A stretch of 64,000 nt of DNA from Tubiluchus corallicola (GCA_030141605.1 JAQGDQ010000284.1:236136-300135); one strand, 5' to 3'; shown: positions 36,401-49,735, counted from the first letter of the stretch. Numbers and translations are program-made. The notes: generated by a model not told the origin, from the sequence alone.

Positions 36401-39400
36401 CAGGTGTAACTGCCTTGCCCGGTGTTGGTGCACGTCGCCCCGTTCTTGCACGGCTTGTGGTTGGTGCAGTAATTCAAGTCCTGATTGCAGAACAAACCAC
36501 CCCAACCTTCGTCGCAGATGCAGTCCCAGGGCTTCTGGCAGGTGCCGTGCTTGCAGCCGGGGTACTTGATGCACTGGTCGCAGTACTCCCCCTCCCAGCC
36601 GTGTTTGCACCTGAGGAAAAATACGAACTCATAAATCAACAGGTAAATATACATATAAGGAAAGCAGGCGATCTATTTGATTAGTGCTGCAAAGTAGTTT
36701 GTTTTAATCGGTGAGCGAAAACAAGTTTGAGCAGAAAAAGACACACTGCTGGCAATGAATGCAGCTAATATTTTCTTTGGCAGACCTATTTCCTGCGATG
36801 GTATAATTATCTCTGAGAAACACGTTTCATTCTCGTAGCCGCCGACCCTGTATCATTGTCCCGCTCAGCGCGTGGGAAACGGTATCTGTTAGCAATGAAC
36901 AAGGGTGTTATGGGACCCTCGAACAGGCCTCAAAGACAGGTTTGTTGCTCGGAGGCAGTGTAATTTGAGAGATTACTTTGCCATGAATCAATTCGGTTGG
37001 GATTATACAATGACATGGAGCAAATAGCAGGGGTAGAGAGCACCGTGCTAGGCTACAAACTTTTACTTGTATAAACGCTGCAAGTGAACCGATTAATTTC
37101 GTTACATTAAGCAAAGCGGCAGTTGATCATTCTTCCGCCAGGGTTTTTTCTTCTAAATATAAAAATAACGAAAAATTTTGATACGTTGAAAAGGTTTTAA
37201 AAAACGAAATGCTTCATCACGGTTTAGTGTGAACGAAATTGCTGATACAGTGCTATCAACGTTCGTATATGGACAATTAACGTAGTTGTGCTGTCTACTG
37301 TTTAAAATGGCAAATAAAGATTTTACTACTACTACTACTACTACCACTACTACTTAAGCTTTCTTAACTTTAACTTAACTAAAGAAACTTCAGTCTTTAG
37401 TTATCAACAGTGAAAAATGACTCGCGTCACGCTTGACTGCACTCTGTCAATACAGCATGAATGCAAATGTTTAAAAAAATCGATTTTTTGAAAACAATGG
37501 CCGCGATCCAGACAGCGCTTTTTCGACGGCTGAATTAGCGCAAGTCTGTCACAATTAATAGTCCACCTCGCTTGAATCTATAAAGTTGTTTTAACGTTGT
37601 GACATCAATCATTGGTAGAATAACACTTGTCAATGAAGTCCACATAGAAGCAGTTTTTAATAAAACTGTGTGAATCAAATGCCGGCACGCGTGTGCAAAC
37701 AACGATGCGCATTCGCTTCATTAATTTGATGAGAAAGACGGGCCGTAGCTGGGTGATGTAGGATTATAACATGCATATTTAATCAAACAGTGTATCGTCA
37801 AGCGGGTTCATATCATAAAACTCATGCATACAATAGTTAACTGTTTATTGAATACAGGAGAATCGCGTACGTGACATTAACCCATTCAACAATACGCGAC
37901 TACCAGCTGACAATTTTTCGGTAGAATAACTTCTGTTATGAATTTTACGAACTATTGAAACAGGTCTACACATACACGGGTAAAATGTATCGGAGATAAT
38001 TATGCCAGTAACCGGAATTTAACTTAAAATTCATAGGCTATTTACGTTATGAAGCACCGGGCAATTACTCGCGTCCGTATATAGCAGTAAAACAATTTTT
38101 ACTAGTTCAACAAGTAGGTTTTTGCCATCGGCTTGTTTTCGTAAGCAATTTTCTAGACCTCACAGAAGGCCCATTGACAAACACGGCAATATTCGTAGCA
38201 GTAGGTAAATTATACTTTAAGGAACAGTGAACTGCAGTCCATACATTAAAATACAGTAGAAATTACAAGGTACAGTAACCATTCTATTGTGCATTAATAC
38301 AATGTAACAAAAACGTGACCTATAACTTTTTTAACAGAGCACGCCTAGCTAATTGAATATCTGGGAATAGTAGTTTAGCTAGGAAGCAGCGAGTGGTGAC
38401 GCCTGGAGCAGGCGGAACTGTATGTAATAGTTTTTTAAGTCACTTAACTCCAGAAAAAGGTATTTATACGTAAAATACTGTGAATATTGTTTTAATTACC
38501 TGCACTGGCCAGGCTGTTCGCAATACCCATACTGCTCATGACATCCGGGCTTACAGTATGCTGAAAAATGTAATAAAGTAGTCGATCAGATTCAATCGGA
38601 ATATTTAATCAGCTCGTATGCATAATTACTAATTAATGTCACGTGATTATGCACATTAGCTTAAGCATTAAAGTGAAATTTTAATTAGGCCTATAATCAC
38701 GCGAAGGAATGGACGAATTGGCGTCAGGTTAAAATGCAAGATAAATGTAAATGGACTCTTGACAATTCCTTGGGGTATACCACTGTCAGTTTGCTTACAA
38801 CAGCTGCTAGTTTGCCAACCTCAAGGAAAACAACTTGATGCTACTTTCCCCTGGAAGTTCTGGAAAACCAATTAATTTCTCCACAAACGCTGCTCCCAGA
38901 TAAGGTGACACTTACTCTTCGCCTTGCCTATTGTTATAAGAACACGTAGGGAAGGTGTAAGTTGTGTAGAGCAATGTAGCAAGCAGCTGGCCCGTTCCAG
39001 TGGCACTGATTGCATACAGGGACACAAGCAGCTGGTGCTATTGTTGGACGGATTGTTTCTTCGTGGCTAACATCTGCTCTTGGCTTTAAAAAGCTGCTTA
39101 AACAACAACGCAGCGCGTCATATTGTTTCACACATTCGGCACACCTACGATGACGTAGTAAACCTTCACATATTCAATTGATTCACACGGATCTTTGACA
39201 GAAACTTTAACTACAGTTAGTCTACTGTAGTAATGTTGCCCCCATCACGGAGTGCACGTACAAATATCACTCGCACATTACATCAATGAGTGTCTGTCGG
39301 GTAATATATTTCATTTAAATTTCAGGCAGTGTAATGAACATACTAGCTTGATGTTATCCCGGTCTTTAAAGCACAAGAGAACCCTCCATAAACATAAAGC

Positions 39401-42400
39401 TTAAAAATTCGTTTTGAAATTTTATATCACTTACGTACTGCCTTTTTACATACAGGACTTCAATCGGCAGTCACGCTGTATAAAACATGTAAATTTAAAC
39501 TCCCGCGATGACCGTTAGACGCAGCCATTTTCACGACAGGTCATTTGAAATAAGTTTAGATAACATTTTGTAAAGTTCGTAGCGCACACATCACTAACTG
39601 AGTAAAATTTTAAATTACTGCATCTTGTCAATAAGTTTAAAAATACGTTTTTTTGTTAGTGAGTGGTGCACCCCGGAGGGTGAGTCAGCGACATTTTATC
39701 TATTGGTGAAAACAATTTAAATAATTAAAAAATACTTCAGGTACCCTTTCCCTGTCCTTAACGTCTCGTAACTTATGCAATTCCAGGCCAGTTTAATCGA
39801 TATTACTAACTGTATTGATTTACGGAAGTGTAGTAGTGTGACGAGTGGAAGTACTTCAGCACTGCTTCGAGTACACTTATCATACGCCGCTCTTATAAAC
39901 TCTCTGTGTTTGTGTAACCTAATGTTACTTTTAGTTGAGTAACATCAAGAGCAGAGGTCCTCAAGTGTCAACAACCGTTACGTGGACAATGTTTATACAC
40001 TGAAATGCTGATAAAGCAATATGCGAAGAAGTTTTTGACAAACGGAGTGAGAGGACACTGGTTCGAACCAACAAGTTGTTTACTTTTTTGTTTTTAAATC
40101 AGCTGAAAGCGAAGATATAGTTGAAAATCTGACGCAAATGTTTGTTGTTTACGGCTAAATGACCTCTAGCCATTGGCTAGTCAAGAAATTACAGCAATTA
40201 AAAACTTTTAATAGAGTTAACTGCTTGACTGTATAAACTGTAATTGAGTCAGGATTTTAAATACATACCTGTATCACAGTAATTGCCAGTCCAGCCTTCT
40301 AAGCACACCTTTTCGCCTTGCGGGCCGCACGTCCAATGGCCATACCGGTCATCACGGCCGACGCAGGACACCGCACACGCCTCGCCGTAGTAGTGCGGAT
40401 CGCATCGTACGCGGTAAGCGTACGACAAGTGCGCACCGTGCGGGTTGGTCGCTACGTCGTGCCTCCATTCCTGGTCAACTTGTACGGTCCGAGACGTGGC
40501 CAGTCGGAGTATCAAACCGCTTTCCTCTGCAAAATCAAACGCTCACAGTAATTGTTACAGTTTGCCTAAAATTGGTGACATTCTGACAATGGTGACATTT
40601 TGACAATTTAATTATACATCCTGTAAAGCGAGTTTTGTCCGCGGAAGCATGGACAGGTAGATACGAACAGTTGCACCTGTGCCTCAAGGCCTGATTAAAG
40701 GTGATAGGCTTTGTTGAGCGGTAAAAGTATGTTTCCGATACAACTCTGCTTTTCTGCTGCTTGGCGCTGCTACTAACTTCCTAAACACGCGCACACGCGG
40801 ACCGCAAGCAGCATTAAACAATTTTTTACGACTGCGGGCATCAGTTGCGCATATGGGGCTAGTTTCTCGGTGGGATGCAAAGCTGTTTCTTCATAAACTT
40901 TGTCCTGTACAAAGATATGCCTGTTGACTCAAATGCGCGTACTGTACACCTGGCCCTGTCACACGAGCTATACCTGTTGACAGCAGGTACCAAGAGCCCG
41001 TAGAACGCCTCCACACTTTATTTTTGAAATATCTCGATGATAAGTCGAATAATATTACGGTAAATTAAACGAGACCTTCGACCTTGCGTCTTATTGCTGT
41101 AAGGTTGCAGATTTTCAATAGTCCGGATTTCGCTTCTAACCACCATTTGTGCCACCTTAACAAGACAAGCTTTCAAGGTGTCATACAGCAACTCTTTTAT
41201 TTGGTTATTTTGACTTCATCAACGTTTTTTTTACCTATACTGTTTCTTTTTGTTTCGATAATATTGTATGTTGATGTATTGTATATGTATTGCTGGAGTG
41301 AAATAAATTGATTGATTGATTGATTGATAAACTGTATTCTTTTGTGCTTGTCAAACTAATAATTTCTAAATTTTTATGACAAAACTTTAAAAAAGTTTAA
41401 AAACACTTTATAGCAACGAGAACTCATTTATTTCCGACGTAGTTTATACAGCATAAAGTTTACTATTTTTTAATACAAAGTCAGTTCAAGGTTTTCTGTT
41501 TAGGTATTCTACTGCATGCCTGCTGTCCACCAACACTATGATTTTTGCGTTTGTCAGCGACCAAACTTAAAACATTAGTGATGCACCTGTCCCGCTGTAG
41601 CTGCTGCTCTATATAAACAGTAGCAATATCACGAGACCGCTGCCGCTGGTACAACAATAACATAGCAATGAATACATTCAACAAACCCTAGCTTCCTCTG
41701 CTAGCTAGTAATAATAGAGTTCACCACATTCTCAGACGAGTTTCCCATGGAGAGAACTCACAAGAATAGAACCAAGACAAAAGCCCGGCTTGCGTACGAT
41801 CTCCAACAGGACAGAGACCTCGGCAAGGATTTTTAAACGGAGACTCTAATTTCAGGAAGAACGCTCAAGTTTTCTCCCACATAACCCAAAACTATCCCTA
41901 ATCAGGAACAGCAAAGTTCCTGTTTGCTTACGGCGCTCCTTTTATGAAAATTCTCAAATTTCTTACTTCTGAAAACTTTCACCAATTAAAATCCAAAAGC
42001 AGCGTGAAGTATAAAGAGCAAATCGGTCAAACGGGCGCAACAGCGATATTCTTGTCAACTGTTATTGTAGCAATAACGCGTTCTTTCAACAGTTTTGCAC
42101 TAATTTAAGCCGAACTAAGAAGAGAACGCGGGAGAGAATGCAAAACAAGAAACATAATACATTGACTAAGAAACACGTGAATGCCAACCACTACAGGACC
42201 CGGAAACATGGAAATCATGAATGAACGCGACATAGATGATTGTACAGCACGAACAAACGTAAAAAATATAAACACGCGAGAGAAAAATATAAACATTTCA
42301 CCTACCAGAAGATTGTTGATGACGTGCTTCCATGATTAGCGAAAACGTGCCCTGCAAAAACAAAACACGTCATTTAAACAAACAAATAATCATATACGCC

Positions 42401-45400
42401 ACTTATGTCCAAAAAATGGGAACCTTGCGTCCTGAGAAACGCGCAGCAGAGTTCGCGGAAACGAAGCGAAAGTTCTACAGCTATAAATGTGAACTGAGTA
42501 AAGCAGTTTTGCAGAAATATGGCTCAAGGTATATTCAACTAAAGGATTTCACGGGTTTTGGACATTGCCCACACCATGCGATCCAGACACTTATGCAAAT
42601 GCATTGTTAAGAAATAATAGTCTTTCTATCTTTTATATCACCCCATATATGAGCTTCATTAATTATTGGCTTCATTCCGTTCTGAAGCATTAGATGTTTT
42701 TCTTAATCACGCGATTCAACTCATAAATTTCAGTTTATTTTCATTACTTTTTTTACTTTCACAGGGGGTGGGACAATCTAACAAGTCTTGCTTTTTGATT
42801 GCCCGCAACGCATTTACATTTATACATAGGCAAACATAGGGTGAGACTTTTCTTGTACAGAAACAGTAAAAAAATAATCATATTAAGTCCCTTTCACTAC
42901 ATTTTCGTACACAAAATTATTATAAATTTCTTTGAGGTACAAATGAATTATTACTTACAAGCCTGTTGGACATGTATTTCACAGAAAAGATTCTGCTTAA
43001 ATTTAACGATATTAAATAGCGGCTTACCGTCACAGTAGTATCGGTTACGCTCAATAATGATTCAGTATCATAATGCCACTACGGTGATACGGCTTTTATT
43101 AAAGCAGGCAGCTAGATTTTATAATGTGACAACATATGGCATATCGTAAATAAATTAAGTTAAATAGTTCAGCTACTAATACAATTATGGTACGTTAGAT
43201 TAGCCCCGGCTTTACAAGACAAAACGGCAGACGCGTTTTTCTAGTTACAGATGCTTTGAAATGTGCTTATTCATATTATTCCAAATCCATAATTGTTGAT
43301 TTGTGAAGTCAGTGTTGGTATTAAACGAATTTCAGACACTAAACTGATTTTAAAGCAAAAATGACAAATACCCCAGTCTGAAAATGTACCGCTTCCTTAA
43401 ATAGGCAAAATGTGGCCGGGCGCATTAATTTAAAGTAAACAGAGGGGTGCATTCCAGGCAAATAAACTGATATCTTTGCGAGAAAGTGTCTAAGACAGAT
43501 GTTATGAGCAAGTATAAAAACAGCTATAACTACATAGAGTAACTCACGGATGAAACTAAATCTTAACTGCATATGAGACGGCACGAGAGAGTAGCGTATG
43601 CACTGCGTGGGCGGGGGTCCAGTGGGGATTAAAAAACGCGCAGGGAGATATCAAGTGACGCAATGCTGTACCTCAGCGTGCCCCGAGCACACGTGTGAGA
43701 CAGGCTCCGAATTTGACACCAACCCAAGGCTTACTGACTTACTATAACGCCTGTTCGTCTGCCAGGCCAAAACGTAAAACCCAATTACGGACGCGAGGAT
43801 TAAAAAGTTTGGCAAGATTTCAATGCGTCTTTGTTGAAGACGATCCAAACCGGAAGACGTCGCTAGCCGCCTCGAAAATCGATAGTCGAGAAGAGGGTTT
43901 GAACGAGGCTTTATGTTTCGCGCATCATATGTGAACAACATTCTTGCGTAATACTGCATCATTCTAAACAATTGTCTGTAACTTATTAATAAATCTGTGT
44001 TCACAAAAGTGCTTTAATAATTATTCATAAAGAAATTACAATTAAAATTTTTAGTAACGAAAATTTTTACTTTTTAGAATTTACACAGACAGATGATAAT
44101 AACAAAAACTGAGTTACGTCGCTTTACGATTCATTATTAGTTTCATATGTTCTAGTACGAAAGGTGTATCGTACTCGGTATTTATTTAGTACCACACACA
44201 CGTTTTTAAACCATACATAATATTATTTTTAAAACCTCTTTTTCTGATTTATTCACCTGCATTCAATAATATTTCTCGACTGATTTAAAACACAAACACC
44301 GCCACATGCTAATTTAACGCAAAACTAGCCAGATTTCCTTTAACTCGTTAACGCGTAACAGCTAAAGCGTTTTTTAAAGTTTAAATTTAGTTTTTACAAC
44401 TGCGTTTTATCTGTAGAAAAATTTCGCAATATTTACATTAAACAGACGGATAAACACAAATGATTTAATGGAAATATATGGAAGAAATATAATGCTTTAA
44501 CTAGCGTACAGTAGAGTTGCTTTTTAAAATGCATAAATGTGTGAAGGAAGGAACATTTTATAGTCAAACGTGCAAGTAGACACTGTCCACAATGTACAGT
44601 GATATTATAACTACTTTTTCATAATTTCCAGTAACCTACAGTTCGGCACCATATTACCAATGAGAGATAAAAAGAAACCTGCAGTTTGCTTCGCTTGTAC
44701 AGTTATCTAAAGCACTTCAACTCCTATCTCAAATGTTTCGTAAGAAGTTCGTTAAAGATTACTCACCGGCCAAGAAAAGGTAAACGGTAACGTCACAGGG
44801 TTCGAGTACGTATCCGTATCCGTAATATTAAATGAATTTTCACCTAACACTGGCGTTTCCGCACTGCCAAACGTACACCTTGGATTTGCACTGATATTTT
44901 TTTCATAATGATTCAAACACACACGAAACTTGGTCCGACACGATTCCGAGCACAAAGCACCGTTTCCCGTCCGTACACAACACGATGAATCATTACGTAA
45001 TCCCAACACATTGCTGAACGATATCAATTTGAGTTCAAACACTCCAGAACTTTGTACCTGAAATCGAGTATAAAAATCTGAATTAATGTGTTCAAAAATT
45101 ATTCACAGTTTAACAAGTTAAATTCTGAAATAAAGATTTTGAATTACTTCTCAAACGGTGAAAACTTTCTCTACGTAAAAACGTAAACTAACACGTTGCA
45201 AACTCATCGAAAACTAACCGACAGTTCTGCACAAAATTGTACAATTATTTTACTTATCGGTTTACAAGACAAATTAGATCGAAAATACAGCAGACTACGC
45301 AATAAAAATCTACAGACTTCTTAAGAAAATTGCAAATACATTTTCCATACTTACTTGTGTAAAACATATCAAAATCAACGTCGAATAAATCCACTTAACT

Positions 45401-45435
45401 CCACATATCCGCGGAGAGCACATTTTGCAAAACAT
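32846..45435 (-). CDS. Delta: Delta (Notch ligand, DSL family), 9 coding exons, 791 aa: complement(join(32846..32987,34158..35136,35425..35641,36310..36610,38500..38560,40269..40526,42306..42351,44767..45057,45355..45435))
   Basis: Exon lengths 81+291+46+258+61+301+217+979+142 = 2376 nt, open frame, all GT-AG. Signal peptide, C2/MNNL, DSL, 9 EGF, TM, ATEV end. No VWC-like Cys-rich domain, so not Serrate/Jagged. Confidence 0.95.
33266..33575. repeat. (GTT)/(GCT) compound trinucleotide repeat in Delta intron 8
   Basis: Directly visible. Confidence 0.95.
34158..35136 (-). CDS. Delta: Delta exon 8 (EGF6 part to EGF9, TM helix, most of the intracellular domain)
   Basis: Acceptor TGTTTGCAG, donor AG|GTAGGT; EGF repeats, hydrophobic [25 protein letters not shown] followed by RRRRRK. 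Confidence 0.97.
35425..35641 (-). CDS. Delta: Delta exon 7 (EGF4 part, EGF5, EGF6 part)
   Basis: Acceptor TTGCAG, donor G|GTAAAT; [10 protein letters not shown]...CESSPCSNG; 217 nt. Confidence 0.96.
36310..36610 (-). CDS. Delta: Delta exon 6 (EGF1 end, EGF2, EGF3, EGF4 start)
   Basis: [43 protein letters not shown] is the hallmark Delta sequence; acceptor TTTTCCTCAG, donor GTGAGT. Confidence 0.98.
38500..38560 (-). CDS. Delta: Delta exon 5 (61 nt, [21 protein letters not shown])
   Basis: Acceptor TTTTTCAG, donor AG|GTAATT, phases 1 to 2; typical first EGF (DOS) repeat. Not in the ORF track. Confidence 0.95.
39366..39760. mobile_element. Dispersed MITE-like repeat in Delta intron 4, possibly Kolobok-like (TTAA ends); second copy at 50811-51193
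   Basis: ~370-bp colinear similarity between the two loci; left end TTAAAGCACAAG, right end here CCCTGTCCTTAA (imperfect TIR). Confidence 0.65.
40269..40526 (-). CDS. Delta: Delta exon 4 (end of C2 domain plus DSL domain)
   Basis: [49 protein letters not shown] is a DSL consensus; acceptor TTTTGCAG, donor G|GTATGT; 258 nt. Confidence 0.97.
42306..42351 (-). CDS. Delta: Delta exon 3 (46 nt, [15 protein letters not shown])
   Basis: Acceptor TTTTTGCAG, donor G|GTAGGT; supplies the conserved WP|GTFSLI.EA motif and the required phase 0 to 1. Not in the ORF track. Confidence 0.93.
44767..45057 (-). CDS. Delta: Delta exon 2 (MNNL/C2 domain)
   Basis: [16 protein letters not shown]...[12 protein letters not shown]...CTFG...TPVLGENSF...[12 protein letters not shown]; acceptor ATTTCAG, donor GTGAGT. 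Confidence 0.97.
45355..45435 (-). CDS. Delta: Delta exon 1 coding part (signal peptide [27 protein letters not shown])
   Basis: In-frame ATGs at 45435 and 45423, hydrophobic stretch, donor CAA|GTAAGT, phase 0. Which ATG is used is uncertain. Confidence 0.85.
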
Positions 45436-45499
45436 TTACAGAGCACAGTTGTATCACTACTACTACAGTCCAGCTAAGTGCAGTAGTCGTAAGCAGTAG

Positions 45500-45560
45500 C
45501 AGAGAGGGCGTGGCATCGGCTAGGCTCCGCCCCGTTAACTGTCAGCCAAGTTCTCACTGC
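45500..45560 (-). promoter_or_regulatory. Candidate TATA-less Delta proximal promoter: two GC boxes and a CSL/Su(H)-like site
   Basis: GGGCGTGG (45506-45513), CTCCGCCC (45525-45532), TTCTCAC = GTGAGAA (45551-45557), all within ~125 bp upstream of the ATG. Confidence 0.5.
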
Positions 45561-46210
45561 AACAGGCAATAATACAAAGCGTCAATTGTGCGCAGATATA
45601 CGAGAGTCGGTAAAAAAAGCACACACACACACACAAAATATCGGATCAAGTTTTAATCATGCCAGGCGTTTGAACTCTAAAGACGTTTATGCAGTAAAAC
45701 ACAGAACGCTAATGAGGTTGCAAGTCGGAAAGAGACTAGAGACTCATTCACAAACGAACGTTCACTCGCTCTGCACATGTGCGCGTCCGAGCGCCACCGC
45801 ATCTAGATGTGAAATGACTTGGAACGGGCGATCGACGCTCACCCTAATGTGCCATTCACGGTCTTTTCAACTAGAGTAACCCTTCATTGAAGCGATAATT
45901 AACTAAACTATTGAAATGAGCTCCGGTTGCCCACCGTGCCACATCTATTTCTGAACGGGAAAATAACAGGTTTAACACTTGCCTCAAGGATCTCTTTGAG
46001 GGAAAACAATAGAGTGTATCTGTTACAGGACGTGCTGCCTGGGCGTGCGCCTATGTCTGGCCCATTTACACCCACTCTGCTAAACGAGTAGGCCCATTTC
46101 CCACCTCCAATTTTCATCTAGAATAATCTACACAGATGTGTAGACGGGTTTAAGTACCTACTGATCACCTTATGATTTATACTCAGATGACCCAATTTTA
46201 TTAGATGTGG

Positions 46211-46245
46211 GGAGAGGGAGAGAGAGAGAGAAAGAGAGAGGAAAG

Positions 46246-46301
<56 letters not shown>

Positions 46302-46322
46302 GGAGAAATAAAGAAATAGAGA

Positions 46323-46359
<37 letters not shown>

Positions 46360-46521
46360 GGAGAAAGAAAGAGATAGAGAGATGAAGAGAGACAGAAAGA
46401 GAGAGCGAGAGAGACAGAAAGAGGGGGGGGGAGAAAGAGAGAGCCAGATAAAGAGAGAGAGGCCAGAGAGAGGGGAGAGGAGAGAGAGAGAGAGAGAAAG
46501 AGAAAGAAAAAGAGGGGGAGA
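46211..46521. repeat. GA-rich imperfect microsatellite
   Basis: Directly visible. Confidence 0.95.
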
Positions 46522-47205
46522 TAATAATACAGTTACATGAATAGAGAAAAATGCATACGCACATACAAAAGCTCAAAATCCGACTTATCACTCTAAAGTA
46601 TGATAAGGTCTACTTTAACAGTAGTATTTATGTATAAACAACCGATCAAAACTTAAATTGAAAATTTAAACTACAGTGCTACGAAAGAACAAAATAGAAT
46701 CATTATTAATACTAGATAAGTGTATAATTGTGGGTTAAAGTGTCTGGTACTTAATAACAAAACCATCGTCCAGATTTTGTCCCCATTCAGCATCTGTCAG
46801 AATTGTTAAGATGTAAAAGCCCGGCCAGGTGAAGTTGGTGAACATTTGCACAAGTGTGCCACTACGATTCATTCCTGACCAAATTCTTTGTTTCTTCTTC
46901 AAGCTGGCGCGTGGCAGGCAGTGTACATACCTGCGTAGTTGTACAACAGCTGTATGATGATTGGCACACCAGACACCTGCCTGCCCAGGTAGCTAATCAA
47001 ACAAGTACCGAAATCTTTTACCTTGCGTTTGTTTACCGCTTATATTAAGTACATTGCCGTATTTGTGAATACAAATCGTGCTAAGTTGTGGTCTGAGCCA
47101 GATATGTTCTATTTGAATCTCATTATTTGTTTGCAAATTTCACGGTCAAAAAATTTAATGCGCACTTGTTTTCTCACCTGCTTTAAACTTTATGTTCCTC
47201 CGCTG

Positions 47206-47290
47206 TCTTTATTTTCTTTTCCTTTTTCTGTTTCTCTTTCTCTTTTCATCTCTCTCTCCCTCTCTCTCCCTCTCTCCCTCTCTCCCTCTC

Positions 47291-47378
<88 letters not shown>

Positions 47379-47489
47379 GTCTTTCTCTCCCTATATCTCT
47401 CTCTCTGTCTCTGTCTCTCTCCCTATCTCTCGTTCTTTCTCTCTCTTCTCTTTCCCTCTCTCTCTCCCTTTCTCTTTTTTTCTCTCTCT

Positions 47490-47521
<32 letters not shown>

Positions 47522-47638
47522 TTTGTCTTTCTCTCCCTATCTCTCTCTCTCTGTCTCTGTCTCTCTCCCTCTCTCTCGTTCTTTCTCTCTCTCCCTTCTC
47601 TCTTCTCTCTCTCTCCCTTTCTCTTTTTTTCTCTCTCT

Positions 47639-47697
<59 letters not shown>

Positions 47698-47758
47698 GTC
47701 TTTCTCTCCTTATCTCTCTCTCTGTCTATCTCTGTCTCTCTCCCTCTCTCTCTCTCGT

Positions 47759-47818
<60 letters not shown>

Positions 47819-47830
47819 CTCTCTCTTTCC
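47206..47830. repeat. CT-rich imperfect microsatellite with internal higher-order duplication
   Basis: Directly visible; TTTCGTCTTTCTCTCC and CTCGTTCTTTCTCT blocks recur. Confidence 0.95.
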
Positions 47831-48170
47831 TCAACCCGCATCTTTGTTCTCATTCTGCGTCCTCCTCCATTGTCTCCCACGCCCCTTAATTTTATCGTCC
47901 CTCCTTTACTGCCTTTCGCATCTTGTAGTTCCAGCTAACGTTAGTAACGCTAGTTAACAGTTAAAACTGTACAAATCTCTAGCGAAATTTCGATCATAAC
48001 AGAAGACTCTTTTCTATTAGAAAGAAGAAAACATGGAAAATCTGAATCTTTTCACGTTTTATCTTTATTAACTTTTTGCGTCCGACTGCAGAGTGCTAAA
48101 AGAAACAAAACTTTAATGAATTTAAATGATTTTATCTCTTTAAAGAGTTGGAAAGACTTTGCTGTACCTT

Positions 48171-48430
48171 TAATAAGATTACAACTGCGAATGCCAGGGA
48201 TGTTCATAAACCATTACAACTTATTTCACAACTATTAATTAGTTGAAGAAAGAAAGGAAACGCTGAGCACGAGAGGTCTAATTCCAGGTCTCGAGTTCAA
48301 ATCCCCACTATTCCACAATTTTTCAGCTTCTAGTTTTCTTTCTTCAACTAATTATCGTTGAAATAATTATCGTTGAAATAACTCGTAATAGATTATGAGC
48401 ATTCTGACATACACAGTATTAATCTGATTA
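48171..48430. mobile_element. Palindromic (foldback) element with a tRNA B-box-like core
   Basis: Arms ...TTATTTCAC..TAATTAGTTGAAGAAAGAAA / TTTCTTTCTTCAACTAATTA..TGAAATAA...; centre CCAGGTCTCGAGTTCAAATCCCCAC. Confidence 0.6.
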
Positions 48431-49173
48431 ATTGTATCTTTAATTGTCAACTAATTTGAAAGTTTTGCTGTGCTCTTCCATTGTCTCAGATTTCCCTATA
48501 TTTAATTTCTTATCAGGAATAAGCGAACCACTGAATGAGCAGCAGCAGCAGCAACAGGTGGACCAAGTCTAGGTCTTCTGAGATAAATTCGCTACTTTTC
48601 ATGCTAATACGGTTTTTAACTCTTTGTGGTCTTCTGGTCTGTCTGCAGGTACACAGTCTTATCTCTTATCTATAAGCGTCCACGTGCCCGTGCAGAGAAA
48701 ACAAAGGTTGCATCTGTCTTCTTCCAAACCAGCTAGGGCATAACAAAGCACCCTGTCTGACCCCCTGATTTCAGAGTACAACCCACTCGCGTGCCTATAC
48801 ACGAACACTATAGGATCTGTGACTATAATCAGCCCAGCGTCCAGCCATTGTCCAGCGGCCGGAATAAGCTCCCAGTATGCTCTAACTGTGGAGTAATTTG
48901 CGGAGGCTGGCGTTATTTTTAGCCCACTAAGAAAGGGTTAAGAGGACGGATGATGCAGCTGTCACGGCGGAACATCTGCCAGTCGTAAACGCATTTATGA
49001 ACAAAAATATAGCTAGGTGATATTGGCTTAGTACAATACCTGGTTTAATATGGCGAATAAACGGTTATGGCACGTGTCTCGTGCACTGACCAGTAAGATA
49101 AAGCTACAGGAAAGATTAGTAACTCGCTTCTACTGGACACTGCCATTATTGCTTATTGTCTAAGATTGTTTAT

Positions 49174-49735
<562 letters not shown>

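Noticed and set aside
43651-44004. 117-aa minus-strand ORF as candidate Delta exon 3
   Set aside because: No GTFSLI motif or compatible splice phases; the true exon 3 is at 42306-42351.
32846-45435. Serrate/Jagged or Notch identity
   Set aside because: Only 9 EGF repeats, no VWC-like Cys-rich domain, no LNR or ankyrin repeats; ATEV terminus fits Delta.
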